Part shown: piece after piece, positions 27,115-36,745 of the stretch
How positions within the stretch are numbered: the stretch's first letter is position 1
How the letters are laid out: each line of letters starts with the position of its first letter
Virus record (IMG/VR): IMGVR_UViG_3300032236_000971
Coordinates: 32,001-96,000 of that record
Length of the DNA: 64,000 nucleotides
Reading direction: 5' to 3' (one strand)
DNA from: a virus
Made by a program: the position numbers and the translations under genes
Notes under the pieces: model-generated
The model's input: the letters and a program-made list of their open reading frames with translations, nothing else
Told to the model about the DNA's origin: nothing
The model's database searches: none

Positions 27115-27912
27115 ATGTATAGATTTATTCTAGCTTTTATAGTTGCGTTAGGCATTATGGTTCCAGCTGCTTCTATAGCAGCACCAACTACCGAACAAAC
27201 TGTTCAGGTTAAGAAACAAACAGTCAAGAAGCATAAACGAAAGAGAACAAAGAAAAAACCTGTTAAGGTTGAAGAAGCTCGTAATCCTTTTGTTCGTTGT
27301 GAAAATGCTGACTGTAGCCCAAAGCCTGTTGTTACAGCTACGAATAATACTCAAGAGCAATCAGCTGCTGAGTTTTTTAGAGAAGATCAAGCTCGTACGC
27401 TTCAGCAGAAACTTATTCATAGCCCACTTCAATTAACACGTGATGAAAAGCGTCAACAGGTAGCCAGAGGATGCTCATGGTTTTCTTGTGATAATAAAGT
27501 TGTAATGGAAGCAAAACAATGGGAAGGTAAAACAGCAAAGAACGACCGTAAAGAGCTACGGAACTTATTCGCTAACGGTAATATGCCTCCTATTGATCCA
27601 GTAAGAACACCTTGGTGCGCTGCGTTTGCTAATGCTATTCTTTCGCGTAGTGGATACGAAACAACCAATAGCTTAATGGCTCGTTCATTTCTTTCTTGGG
27701 GCGTGAAGACAAAAGATCCTAAAGAAGGTGATATTGTTGTTCTAAAGCGTGGACGTGGTGGTACATTCGGTCATGTTGGTTTCTTTCAAGGATATGAAGT
27801 TATCGATGGCATAACGTATGTAAAGGTTCTTGGCGGTAATACAGATCATGCTGTCCAAGTAGGTTACTATCCAATTCAGAAAGTATTAGGTTTTAGAACA
27901 GCGGTAGTATAA
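27115..27912 (+). CDS. TIGR02594-family (NlpC/CHAP-like) secreted peptidoglycan hydrolase
   Basis: Signal peptide; PWCAAF.N, ARSFL.WG, GHVGF and VLGGN motifs. Confidence 0.85.
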   Translation: MYRFILAFIVALGIMVPAASIAAPTTEQTVQVKKQTVKKHKRKRTKKKPVKVEEARNPFVRCENADCSPKPVVTATNNTQEQSAAEFFREDQARTLQQKLIHSPLQLTRDEKRQQVARGCSWFSCDNKVVMEAKQWEGKTAKNDRKELRNLFANGNMPPIDPVRTPWCAAFANAILSRSGYETTNSLMARSFLSWGVKTKDPKEGDIVVLKRGRGGTFGHVGFFQGYEVIDGITYVKVLGGNTDHAVQVGYYPIQKVLGFRTAVV

Positions 27913-28067
27913 TGTGGAGATTATGGGCTAAGGCGCTTGGTGAAAAATTTGGTAATACGAATGAAGAAGCTGATAAAATTGCTTGTATTCGCACCATTAT
28001 TGTAGTATCATATATAATAACAAATTTGTTCATAGTTGCAGGTGTAATACGTCATTGGAACAGCTAA
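27912..28067 (+). CDS. Small membrane protein (51 aa, not in ORF track)
   Basis: MWRLWAKALGEK...EADKIA.IRT...IVAGVIRHW; TAATG coupling. Confidence 0.7.
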   Translation: MWRLWAKALGEKFGNTNEEADKIACIRTIIVVSYIITNLFIVAGVIRHWNS

Positions 28068-28078
28068 AGGAGAAAAGT

Positions 28079-28189
28079 ATGAGTGATATATACTTAGAAG
28101 ATATGATTATGGCTGATATGATTATCAACGGCTATGATCCAACAGACCCACTAGATATTGAAACTTACTGGGATATGAGGTTGTCATGA
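28079..28189 (+). CDS. Small acidic hypothetical protein
   Basis: AAGGAG RBS; MSDIYLEDMI... Confidence 0.55.
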   Translation: MSDIYLEDMIMADMIINGYDPTDPLDIETYWDMRLS

Positions 28190-28458
28190 TTGGTCACGTA
28201 GAAATCTGGTCTAAGCCAGACTGTCCTTATTGCTCTAGAGCAAAGAACGTATTGCGTTCGAATAATATCAATTTCACGGAAAAGATGTTGAACCGTGACT
28301 TTACGAGAGAAATTCTTCAGGAAACATACCCATCCGCCAAAACGTTTCCTGTTGTAGTAGTTGATGGTTTTTATATTGGCGGATACACACAACTAGCTGA
28401 AAAGCTAAACCAGCAAAACAACTCAACTCAACAACTTCTAAATGAACAGGTGATGTAA
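28186..28458 (+). CDS. Glutaredoxin
   Basis: CPYC active site; TFP and IGGY motifs. Confidence 0.92.
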   Translation: MIGHVEIWSKPDCPYCSRAKNVLRSNNINFTEKMLNRDFTREILQETYPSAKTFPVVVVDGFYIGGYTQLAEKLNQQNNSTQQLLNEQVM

Positions 28459-28733
28459 TGTTATATGATCGCGCAACACTAATGGAAGACCTTCGGCATT
28501 CGGTCGCTGAAGTAACATTCACTAAGGTAAATGGCGAACGCCGTATTATGCGTTGTACTCTTGACCCTCGTTATCTTCCTAAGATGACAACTGAACAAAC
28601 GGATCATTTGGAAGAACAACACAAGCGTGTAGAAAATCAGGAAGTTATCGCTTGTTGGGATCTTCAGGCTAATGGTTGGCGTTCTTTCAGAGTTGATTCG
28701 GTTCAATACGTTCAGCAAATCGACGGATACTAA
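28458..28733 (+). CDS. SH3 beta-barrel (DUF2693/WYL-like) protein
   Basis: VTFTKVNGERR.M.CTL...WDL...GWRSFR. Confidence 0.8.
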   Translation: MLYDRATLMEDLRHSVAEVTFTKVNGERRIMRCTLDPRYLPKMTTEQTDHLEEQHKRVENQEVIACWDLQANGWRSFRVDSVQYVQQIDGY

Positions 28734-28734
28734 A

Positions 28735-29043
28735 ATGAAAAAGCTTGTTATGGTTGACTGTCTCTCGCAGTTTCGTATTCGTTACTGTGTTGAGGTAGAA
28801 GATGATATTGATCATGCTCTTGATGAGATCGTTTGTAACTATGGTGAAATGGAGTTTCATGAGTTTTCACAAGAACATTTACTTCCTAGTCCTATCTTTA
28901 TCTCGCATAGAGAGATAACCAAGGAAGAGTATCTTCGTATGTTTGATGAAGATAACAACTACCTAAAGGATTGGACTGAAGAACAAAAGTTGAAGTTCAT
29001 CAATAAAGTAAACTATGAAAAGCCAGAACTCGCTGGCGGTTGA
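28735..29043 (+). CDS. Hypothetical protein
   Basis: SQFRIRY.VE and EFSQEHL pattern. Confidence 0.65.
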   Translation: MKKLVMVDCLSQFRIRYCVEVEDDIDHALDEIVCNYGEMEFHEFSQEHLLPSPIFISHREITKEEYLRMFDEDNNYLKDWTEEQKLKFINKVNYEKPELAGG

Positions 29044-29054
29044 AGGGATATACA

Positions 29055-29870
29055 ATGGGTGTGACATACACTATTATCGAACATGAAGAAAATAACGAAA
29101 ATGCTTTTTGGACAGAAACCAAAAAGAAGTTGATGGCTGAAACTGATTTGTCAGTTTTTAAAACTTGGGCTACTGTTCGTAGTATTCCTATCTATAATCC
29201 AAATGAGTTTTTTGAAAATTATTGCCCTGAAGTCGAAGCTTTGATTGATGGGCGTACTGATGTTGACCTTTGGAAATCTATTCTCAAGGAACCTTTCTAT
29301 GGTCATACTGAAGAAAGTTATGAGGAAGCTAAACAGTTCTCGTTTGAGGGAACGGTTGAATGCACCCCTTGGACCCTTAAGTCGGCTCATCATATACTTA
29401 CATTTGAGAAGATTATGGGTAAAAGCATTCTTGATTACGATCAGATTGTAGACTTTGGTTCAGGTATCGGCGAAACAGCAAGAATGATCCTTGACTTAGG
29501 CTTCAAAGGGGAGTATTATTTGTATGACCTTCCCGAGACAGTTCGTATTCCGTTAGCATATTTGAAGAACTATTCAAATGTTAAAGCTGTAGAAAATTAT
29601 GATGATATTCCTTGGGGTAAAAAGACTCTGTTCATCGGTACTTGGAGTCTATCAGAAGTTCCTTACAAGTATCGCGCAGAGATTGCTAAATATTTTGCTG
29701 GTCAAGATTTTCTAATTATCTTTCAGAACCAGGTATTCAAGTACAACAACCTAAACTACTTCCTGTTCGATTTTCCAATCGAGTCAGAAACGTTCATTCG
29801 CCTTGAGCAGATTAAGTGGCATGGCGGCGGTAACGGAAACTTCTATCTAATCGGCACTAAGCCATACTGA
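29055..29870 (+). CDS. Putative SAM-dependent sugar O-methyltransferase
   Basis: IVDFGSGIG, YDLP and TWSLSE motifs. Confidence 0.7.
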   Translation: MGVTYTIIEHEENNENAFWTETKKKLMAETDLSVFKTWATVRSIPIYNPNEFFENYCPEVEALIDGRTDVDLWKSILKEPFYGHTEESYEEAKQFSFEGTVECTPWTLKSAHHILTFEKIMGKSILDYDQIVDFGSGIGETARMILDLGFKGEYYLYDLPETVRIPLAYLKNYSNVKAVENYDDIPWGKKTLFIGTWSLSEVPYKYRAEIAKYFAGQDFLIIFQNQVFKYNNLNYFLFDFPIESETFIRLEQIKWHGGGNGNFYLIGTKPY

Positions 29871-29882
29871 GGAGAATATAGA

Positions 29883-30248
29883 ATGGCATACTGGGGTTTT
29901 CATCTAATGCTTGATTGCGCTGAACTTGATCATGCGTGTATCACTAGCGAAAATACTATCTACAACTTCGTGAAGCGTCTTGTTGCTGATATCGACATGG
30001 TCGCTTATGGAGAACCGCAGATTGTAAACTTTGGGTCTGGCAATAAGGCTGGCTACACTCTTGTCCAGCTCATTGAAACATCTAACATCTGCGCTCACTT
30101 TGTGCCTGATGATGGAATGGGCGGCAACGCTATGTATCTCGATGTGTTTTCTTGTAAGGAATATGATGATCAAGTAGTCATCAAGCTTGTCAAGGAATTC
30201 TTTGGTGCTAAGTACATTCGTCCTAACTATCTAACTCGACAGGCTTAA
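29883..30248 (+). CDS. speD: S-adenosylmethionine decarboxylase proenzyme
   Basis: G.HL.LD, LIETSNI..H cleavage region and YLDVFSCK. Confidence 0.88.
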   Translation: MAYWGFHLMLDCAELDHACITSENTIYNFVKRLVADIDMVAYGEPQIVNFGSGNKAGYTLVQLIETSNICAHFVPDDGMGGNAMYLDVFSCKEYDDQVVIKLVKEFFGAKYIRPNYLTRQA

Positions 30249-30252
30249 TACA

Positions 30253-30834
30253 ATGATTAATTATGTAAGTTCAGCAACGTTCGTTGGAGCTGCGGTTCCT
30301 TTCGTGACGTTTAAGACTCGTGTTCGTGATGACTCTATTGGTGGTCCTAATCCCTATCGCTGGCAGGATGTAACCACTGACGATTACTTTCATGGCAAGC
30401 GAGTAATTCTTTTCTCGCTTCCTGGCGCTTTCACTCCTACTTGTTCAACGTTTCAGCTTCCTGGCTTTGAAGAAATGTTTAATGAGTTTCAAGAAATTCA
30501 TGGGATCGACGAAATTTACTGTATGTCAGTAAATGATGCGTTTGTTATGAATGCCTGGGCAAAGCAGCAGGAAATCAAGAACATCAAGGTTATTCCTGAC
30601 GGTAACGGTCAGTTCACCATGGCGATGGGTATGCTTGTGAACAAGTACAACCTTGGTTTCGGTCGTCGTTCTTGGCGTTATGCTGCGGTTGTTAATGATG
30701 GATTGATTGAAGCTTGGTTTGAAGAGCCAGGTTATGTTGATAACGCAGAAGATGATCCATATGGTGTTTCTTCTCCAGAAAATATTATGGCGTACCTTAA
30801 CGCAAAGGCGACTGAACAGGAGCGTGGTCAGTGA
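30253..30834 (+). CDS. Peroxiredoxin (Prx5-like)
   Basis: PGAFTPTCS, SVNDAFVM and RSWRYA motifs. Confidence 0.93.
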   Translation: MINYVSSATFVGAAVPFVTFKTRVRDDSIGGPNPYRWQDVTTDDYFHGKRVILFSLPGAFTPTCSTFQLPGFEEMFNEFQEIHGIDEIYCMSVNDAFVMNAWAKQQEIKNIKVIPDGNGQFTMAMGMLVNKYNLGFGRRSWRYAAVVNDGLIEAWFEEPGYVDNAEDDPYGVSSPENIMAYLNAKATEQERGQ

Positions 30835-31826
30835 GTGGTTTTGAAGAGAACGAAATCTCTATTAACTCTAATGGCGGTACTGAGCTATCAAAGCGCAGTA
30901 TCGCCGCTAATATTCCTGAAGAGCTTTCTAATGAGTTTCAGGTTGTTGCTTCTAGAATGCGTGACCTTCAAGAAGATAAGATTCGTGTCTATTGGATTCA
31001 TGATCTTGCTGAAGACCCAGAGCTTTCTCACCTCAAGGATGAAAACAGCCGTAACAGATTTCATAAGATTGTTTTCGTTTCTCACTGGCAGATGAATGAG
31101 TTCATCACGAAGCTTGGTATTCCTTGGTCTGATCAGCTCTGTGTAATCGAAAATCCAATCGATCCTTTTCCAACACATGAAAAGCCAACGGATAAGATCA
31201 ACCTCATCTATTTTTCAACTCCTCAGCGTGGGTTGGAATTGCTTGTTCCTACTTTCGAAGCTCTTGCTAATAAGTACGATAACATTCACTTGAATGTATA
31301 CTCAAGCTTTAAAATTTATGGCTGGGCGGAAGCTGATCAGCATTTTGAACCTCTTTATGAAAAGATTCGTAATCACCCTCAGATGACGTATCATGGATTT
31401 GCTGCTCAGAAAGAACTACGTCAAGCTGTTATTGATTCTCATATCCTAGCGTACCCATCAATGTGGGCTGAAACTTCCTGTAGAGTTTTGATGGAATCTA
31501 TGTCGGGCGGTCTTATGTGTGTTCATTCGAACCTTGCTGCTCTTCCAGAAACATCTGGTGGCTTGACTACAATGTATCAATTTAACAAGGATCCGCAGAT
31601 TCATGTTAATACATTCTATCAGTATTTGGAACATGCTATTAAAACTGTAGGAAATCCTGAGTCAAAGAACTACTTTAATTTTGTAAAATCCTACGCAGAT
31701 ACTAGATACAATACAACCAAGATCAGCAACCATTGGGAGATCCTTATGAAAGAGCTCCTACAGAAATATCCAACAGCTGAGTCACGTAAAATTCCAGCGA
31801 AACAATTCATTTACAGAACGTCATAA
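30831..31826 (+). CDS. GT-B (family 4-like) glycosyltransferase
   Basis: GGTE, STPQRGL and YPS.W.ETSC...E motifs. Confidence 0.85.
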   Translation: MSGFEENEISINSNGGTELSKRSIAANIPEELSNEFQVVASRMRDLQEDKIRVYWIHDLAEDPELSHLKDENSRNRFHKIVFVSHWQMNEFITKLGIPWSDQLCVIENPIDPFPTHEKPTDKINLIYFSTPQRGLELLVPTFEALANKYDNIHLNVYSSFKIYGWAEADQHFEPLYEKIRNHPQMTYHGFAAQKELRQAVIDSHILAYPSMWAETSCRVLMESMSGGLMCVHSNLAALPETSGGLTTMYQFNKDPQIHVNTFYQYLEHAIKTVGNPESKNYFNFVKSYADTRYNTTKISNHWEILMKELLQKYPTAESRKIPAKQFIYRTS

Positions 31827-31867
31827 ATAGTTTGACTAATTTGTAATTTTAAGGTATAGTTATCTTT

Positions 31868-32251
31868 ATGAAAAAACAGTCTGATAACGTCATTATGTTC
31901 CCGTCAAGAGGTAATCCGCCTCAACAAGTTTCCAATGAAAAAATCAAAGTTGATATGAAAATGGTTAAGTTCAACCATATCAACGAAGCGTTGGAAACAA
32001 TCATCCCTATGCTGTTCAACAATATCACGATAGCTGGGTTTGATATCCTTCCTGAAGACGAGGAAGAAGACGAGAACATCAAGGACAATGCTTTGATTGT
32101 TGAATCGATTCGCTCTATCCTCTGTAAGTATTATGGGCTGAATCACCCTCTGCAGGAAGTCGCAGAGGATTTTTTCGTTCGTAAAGAGGAAGGCGTGTTA
32201 TCTGTAACTAGGCACCTAGAACTAGACCTGAGCCACTACGACAAAGAGTGA
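31868..32251 (+). CDS. Hypothetical protein
   Basis: NVIMFP N-terminus; TTGACT-N17-TATAGT upstream. Confidence 0.65.
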   Translation: MKKQSDNVIMFPSRGNPPQQVSNEKIKVDMKMVKFNHINEALETIIPMLFNNITIAGFDILPEDEEEDENIKDNALIVESIRSILCKYYGLNHPLQEVAEDFFVRKEEGVLSVTRHLELDLSHYDKE

Positions 32252-32257
32252 AACATT

Positions 32258-33130
32258 ATGATTATCGTTGACTTGTCACAAGTTATGCTTTCCAACCTCA
32301 TGATGCAGATTGGAAATCATACGAATGCTAAGATCGAAGAGAATATGGTTCGTCATATGGTATTGAACTCTCTTCGCTCGTACAACTCAAAATTCTCCGA
32401 AGAGTTCGGTGAAATGGTTATTGCCTGCGACAATACTAATTACTGGCGTAAGCAACTGTTTCCTTACTACAAGGCAAACCGCAAAAAAAACCAAGAAAAG
32501 TCGGAAATGGATTGGAAGGCGGTGTTTGAATGCCTTAACAAGATCCGTGCCGAGCTTAAAGAGTTCTTTCCTTATCGTGTAATTGATATTGAAACTGCCG
32601 AGGCAGATGATATCATTGCTACATTGGTTGTTAATCACCCTGCTTCTATTGAAAGTTTTATCGATGCGTCCGACGACGTATTGATTCTTTCTGGTGATAA
32701 GGACTTCATTCAGCTCCACAAGCATTCATATGTAAAGCAGTATGATCCTGTACACAAGAAGTGGATCACTCACGAAGATCCAAAGCGTTACCTAGCAGAA
32801 CATATTCTTAAAGGGGATAGCGGTGATGGCGTTCCTAACATACTTTCTCCTGACAATTGTTTTGTTATTGGCGAACGTCAGAAGCCGATGACACAAAAGA
32901 AAATCGATGCGTTGATTGAACTTGGTTTGGAAGGTAAGTTTGATCACCCTATGGCTCGTAACTACTACCGCAATAAACAATTGATTGACCTAAGTATGAT
33001 ACCTAACGAAGTGAAAGAAAAGATATTAGAGTCATATGAGGCTCAGGCAAACAAGGGTCGGGATAAGATGTTCAACTATTTTATCTCAAACAAACTTAAA
33101 AATTTGATGGAACATTTAGGAGATTTTTAA
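32258..33130 (+). CDS. rnh: T4-type RNase H (5'-3' exonuclease)
   Basis: YWR...FPYYK..R, EADD, SGDKDF.QL and GDSGDGVPN motifs. Confidence 0.93.
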   Translation: MIIVDLSQVMLSNLMMQIGNHTNAKIEENMVRHMVLNSLRSYNSKFSEEFGEMVIACDNTNYWRKQLFPYYKANRKKNQEKSEMDWKAVFECLNKIRAELKEFFPYRVIDIETAEADDIIATLVVNHPASIESFIDASDDVLILSGDKDFIQLHKHSYVKQYDPVHKKWITHEDPKRYLAEHILKGDSGDGVPNILSPDNCFVIGERQKPMTQKKIDALIELGLEGKFDHPMARNYYRNKQLIDLSMIPNEVKEKILESYEAQANKGRDKMFNYFISNKLKNLMEHLGDF

Positions 33131-33567
33131 TGGGTATGCGAATCGGTATTGCTGAGTTCCTTGAAAAGGTCAGCAAGCTAAAGAAGAAAGAAGATAAGGT
33201 TGAAGCATTGAAAATGAATGATAGCTACGTATTGCGTACTATCCTTCAGGGAGCTTTTGATCCCCGTATTGTATGGGCTATCCCGCCAGGCGTTCCCCCA
33301 TATAAGGTCAACCAGCTTGTTGATCAAGAAAACGTTTTGATCAAGGACGCACGTAAGCTAGTTTATTTTGTTGAGGGCGCAGGATATGATTTGAAGCCAC
33401 TCAAGCGTGAAACGATGTTTATCGAGTTTCTTGAATCGCTCGCTCCAGCAGACGCTGAGATGATTTGTACTATTAAAGAAAAGAAATTACCTTGGAAGGG
33501 CATCACCATTGACATTATCAACGAAGCTTTTCCTAACTTTATTCCAGTAGAGGAGAAGACGGAATAA
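33130..33567 (+). CDS. Conserved T4-like protein (DUF6433-like)
   Basis: PPG.PPY and KRE.MFI..LE.L..AE motifs; follows rnh. Confidence 0.7.
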   Translation: MGMRIGIAEFLEKVSKLKKKEDKVEALKMNDSYVLRTILQGAFDPRIVWAIPPGVPPYKVNQLVDQENVLIKDARKLVYFVEGAGYDLKPLKRETMFIEFLESLAPADAEMICTIKEKKLPWKGITIDIINEAFPNFIPVEEKTE

Positions 33568-33568
33568 C

Positions 33569-33799
33569 ATGAATAAAAATAGATATTATCTCGAGGATAG
33601 AGATTATATTGACGGTGCTGAAGTTGATGCTCGAAAGCAGAAGAACAAGCATAAGGAAAAGCGTTTTGAACGTGCGCTGAAAACAAAAGATATATCAGCT
33701 TTGCTTGAAGACGAGGAAAGCGATTACGCCTATGATAGTATCTATGATGAAATGGCTGACGAGGACAGTTGGCCAGATGAACGTGAGGAATACCGATAA
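33569..33799 (+). CDS. Hypothetical protein
   Basis: Coupled ORF. Confidence 0.6.
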   Translation: MNKNRYYLEDRDYIDGAEVDARKQKNKHKEKRFERALKTKDISALLEDEESDYAYDSIYDEMADEDSWPDEREEYR

Positions 33800-34041
33800 T
33801 GCCAACGTATAATTTCATAAATAATGATACTGGTGAAGAGTTCACTGAGTTCATGAGCATCTCAGCTCTTGATCAGTACCTAAAAGATAACCCTAACGTA
33901 ACTCAACTCGTTAGCGGTGCTCCGCTTATTCATTCTGGTAGGGGTCTGGGCAAGCCAGATCAAGGTTTCCGCGATCTACTAAAAGATATGAAGAAAAAGC
34001 ATTCACAGGGGTTTACTAGGAGTACCATTAACACACATTAG
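33799..34041 (+). CDS. FmdB-like small protein
   Basis: MPTY.F...TGE...YL..NP and GFRD.L motifs; upstream of phoH. Confidence 0.65.
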   Translation: MPTYNFINNDTGEEFTEFMSISALDQYLKDNPNVTQLVSGAPLIHSGRGLGKPDQGFRDLLKDMKKKHSQGFTRSTINTH

Positions 34042-34055
34042 TAAGAAAGTATTAA

Positions 34056-34793
34056 ATGAGCGAACAGAGACTGACTAGAAAACAAAGAAGACAAAGACAG
34101 AATCTCAAGCCAGAGGAAACAAATTTAAGATTAAATTTCAAACTAAAAAACGTTGAACCTTTAACTGAAAATCAAAAGTTAACATTTGAGCAATATGACC
34201 AAGGAAAAAACCTCCTACTACACGGTATTGCAGGAACTGGCAAATCTTTTTTGTCCATCTATCTTTCCCTCAAAACCATCCTCCAAGACAATTGTAGATA
34301 TAAGAAGCTGGTCATCGTACGCTCCGTCGTCCCTACCAGAGATATGGGATTCCTCCCTGGAAACAACAAAGAAAAAGCCAAGGTCTACGAAGCCCCATAC
34401 CTAGCTATCTTTTCTGAGTTGTTCGAACGTGGTGATGCTTATGACTACCTCAAAAATAAAAATATTGTTGAATTCATCAGTACTAGTTTCATACGTGGCA
34501 TTACTATTAACGATTCTATTATCGTTGTAGATGAAATAGCCAATATGACCCTACACGAACTTGATTCAGTTATCACTCGTGTTGGTAAAAATTGTAAGAT
34601 CATTTTTTGCGGTGATTTCCGCCAGTCTGATTTTACAAAAGAACACGAGAAAAACGGTTTGACAGATTTCATGCGAATTATCGAACGTATGAAATCATTT
34701 TCCTTTGTGGACTTTACCGAACAGGATATCGTTCGCTCATCAATGGTGAAAGAGTATATTATCATGAAAGATAGGTTGAAAATTGTCGCGTAA
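34056..34793 (+). CDS. phoH: PhoH family ATPase
   Basis: GIAGTGKS, GFLPG, RG.T, DE and GD..QSD motifs. Confidence 0.93.
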   Translation: MSEQRLTRKQRRQRQNLKPEETNLRLNFKLKNVEPLTENQKLTFEQYDQGKNLLLHGIAGTGKSFLSIYLSLKTILQDNCRYKKLVIVRSVVPTRDMGFLPGNNKEKAKVYEAPYLAIFSELFERGDAYDYLKNKNIVEFISTSFIRGITINDSIIVVDEIANMTLHELDSVITRVGKNCKIIFCGDFRQSDFTKEHEKNGLTDFMRIIERMKSFSFVDFTEQDIVRSSMVKEYIIMKDRLKIVA

Positions 34794-35436
34794 AATATTC
34801 GAACATTCTTTCTTTCCAAAAATTCAATTGGAGAGGGTGAACATTAACGGTGCCCGACATTATGCTACACCCGAAGGGAAAAAGTATAAGTCGGTCACCA
34901 CTATCATAAGCGAACGTACTGATAAGACGCATTTGCTTGAATGGCGCAAACGAGTTGGCGAGGCTGAGGCTACAAAGATATCGGTTCAAGCAGCCAACCG
35001 TGGTACAGCCATTCATAATATCGCCGAGCATTACCTTCTAAACGAACCAAACTACCCAAAGGGTGTGATGCCAGCGAACGTTGATACGTTCAAAAAGCTG
35101 AGACCAATCATCGACGACAACATTGGCACGATATATGGGTTGGAGCATTTTATGTACTCTGACTTGTTACAGACCGCTGGTGCTACTGACTGTATCGCTG
35201 AGTTCAACGGCGTGATGTCGGTTGTTGACTTCAAAACGTCAACAAAGCTCAAAAAGGAAGAGTGGATTCAAAACTATTTCCTACAGGCTACAGCCTATGC
35301 GCTTATGGCGGAAGAGCGTCATGGCGTTGAAGTTCCTCAAATTGCTATTTTGATCGCCGTTGATCACGAAGAGCCTCAAGTGTTTGTCAAGCCCAAGTAC
35401 CTTTATGTTGATGAAGTTCGTGAACTTTTTGCTTGA
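34783..35436 (+). CDS. PD-(D/E)XK (Cas4-like) exonuclease
   Basis: SVTT, RGT.IH, AG.TDC, DFKTS and Q..AY motifs. Confidence 0.88.
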   Translation: MSRKIFEHSFFPKIQLERVNINGARHYATPEGKKYKSVTTIISERTDKTHLLEWRKRVGEAEATKISVQAANRGTAIHNIAEHYLLNEPNYPKGVMPANVDTFKKLRPIIDDNIGTIYGLEHFMYSDLLQTAGATDCIAEFNGVMSVVDFKTSTKLKKEEWIQNYFLQATAYALMAEERHGVEVPQIAILIAVDHEEPQVFVKPKYLYVDEVRELFA

Positions 35437-35461
35437 CTTTTTTTAAAAACTAGGGTAGAAT
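35433..35461 (+). promoter_or_regulatory. Early sigma70-like promoter
   Basis: TTGACT-N17-TAGAAT followed by a TGGTTGAACAGGAG leader. Confidence 0.75.
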
Positions 35462-35490
35462 ATAGGTCTTGGTTGAACAGGAGCTATGAA

Positions 35491-35775
35491 ATGTCTAAGC
35501 TTTCTATACTCGTGAAACGCTACACTTCTACTTCTAAAACTAAAGGTTTCTCGGCTTATGATGAAATAGACGCTTCTAAAAAGTGGGCTGAATATAGTGT
35601 AGATGAATATAAAATTCGCCAGCTTATGCAAGGTGTTGATTTTACTGAGAAATTCGACGCTGAGAAAGCTTTAACTATAGTTCGTCGAAAAATAGAGTGG
35701 ATGTATAAGCACCGGAACTTCGACGTCTCTGAAGCGACTCTCTACTATAAAAAACTGAAACGTCTAGTCGGTTGA
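35491..35775 (+). CDS. Early hypothetical protein
   Basis: AGGAG RBS; followed by a terminator. Confidence 0.65.
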   Translation: MSKLSILVKRYTSTSKTKGFSAYDEIDASKKWAEYSVDEYKIRQLMQGVDFTEKFDAEKALTIVRRKIEWMYKHRNFDVSEATLYYKKLKRLVG

Positions 35776-35780
35776 AATTT

Positions 35781-35809
35781 AAGGGGAACTTCGGTTCCTC
35801 TTTTTTTTT
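35781..35809 (+). terminator. Rho-independent terminator
   Basis: AGGGGAAC-TTCG-GTTCCTCT plus T-tract. Confidence 0.85.
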
Positions 35810-35814
35810 GAAAA

Positions 35815-35870
35815 AATTTGTTGTCTAGCTACGAAAGCTGGTTGACTTATTTTAAAAGCAAGCGTATACT
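35815..35870 (+). repeat. 34-bp direct repeat copy 1 with early promoter
   Basis: AATTTGTTGTCTAGCTACGAAAGCTGGTTGACTT (35815-35848); TTGACT-N17-TATACT. Confidence 0.85.
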
Positions 35871-35902
35871 ATATGTATGGTTGGTTGAACAGGAGAACTA
35901 GA

Positions 35903-36076
35903 ATGGACTACACGAACTTAACAATAGGCGTCCAGTTAGCTATTGCTAACCTTAAGGACCAGGCGATCGCGCTTGGGTTTGATTTTCCGAATCAGGATAT
36001 TGCTAAGGTTGAGCCGAAGGTACTTTATGACTTTTACCTTGAGCTAGAGAATTACGTTGAAAATAATTCAAAATAA
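35903..36076 (+). CDS. Early hypothetical protein
   Basis: AGGAG RBS; lies between the repeat copies. Confidence 0.6.
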   Translation: MDYTNLTIGVQLAIANLKDQAIALGFDFPNQDIAKVEPKVLYDFYLELENYVENNSK

Positions 36077-36130
36077 TTTGTTGTCTAGCTACGAAAGCTG
36101 GTTGACTTGTTTCTGAATCGGGCGTATACT
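36075..36130 (+). repeat. 34-bp direct repeat copy 2 with early promoter
   Basis: Identical 34-mer at 36075-36108; TTGACT-N17-TATACT. Confidence 0.85.
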
Positions 36131-36187
36131 AATAGCATGGTTGAGAAGGGGAATGGTCCCCGAAGTGAAAAAGGAAGAGGTTATAAA

Positions 36188-36745
36188 ATGGCTACTCAGG
36201 TTGCTCTCGCTCTCGAAATCTACACCGCTAACCCCTCTATCGGTCACGAGGACTTCGTGGCTTCGTTCTTGAAGGTTTTCCCCGCGCAGTCGCCTAAGAT
36301 TGCTGCGCTCTACTGGCAGAATAAAGCTCGTCGGGCTTCTTTCGGTCTCGCCCCGGTCGCTCTCCCGGCGATCTATAAGGACTCTACCTCGGCTAAGGAG
36401 CCGAAGGCAGTAAAGGCAACGGTCAAGCGTATGGCTAAGGAAGTCGTTTCTAAGGTCAAGCTTGAAAAGTCGGTTCGTTCGATTAATGCAGCCCACAAAG
36501 CTAAGGTTGAGTTGAACGTCGACGAGATTGCTAAGATCAAGGAAGCGAACCTGGCTCGCATGAAGGAAGTTTCTTCTAAGCTTAAGCCTAAGAATGTTCG
36601 TGACTTCGGCGGTCGCGTCGCTAACCCTGAAGGCGAGGGTGTGACTGACTTTGATCCTACCTTGGCTCGCGAGGAAGTCCAGGCTATCCTCCGTGACGAG
36701 CGTCTGATCGACGTTTGCCCCAAGTTCGTCCGTGAGGATATTTGA
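36188..36745 (+). CDS. Early Lys/Ala-rich hypothetical protein
   Basis: GAGGT RBS; GC-richer codon usage. Confidence 0.7.
   Translation: MATQVALALEIYTANPSIGHEDFVASFLKVFPAQSPKIAALYWQNKARRASFGLAPVALPAIYKDSTSAKEPKAVKATVKRMAKEVVSKVKLEKSVRSINAAHKAKVELNVDEIAKIKEANLARMKEVSSKLKPKNVRDFGGRVANPEGEGVTDFDPTLAREEVQAILRDERLIDVCPKFVREDI

Noticed and set aside
35815-36108. CRISPR array from the 34-bp repeat
   Set aside because: Only two copies, 260 bp apart, each ending in a -35 box with a gene in between; the nearby Cas4-like nuclease is a standard T4-like exonuclease.
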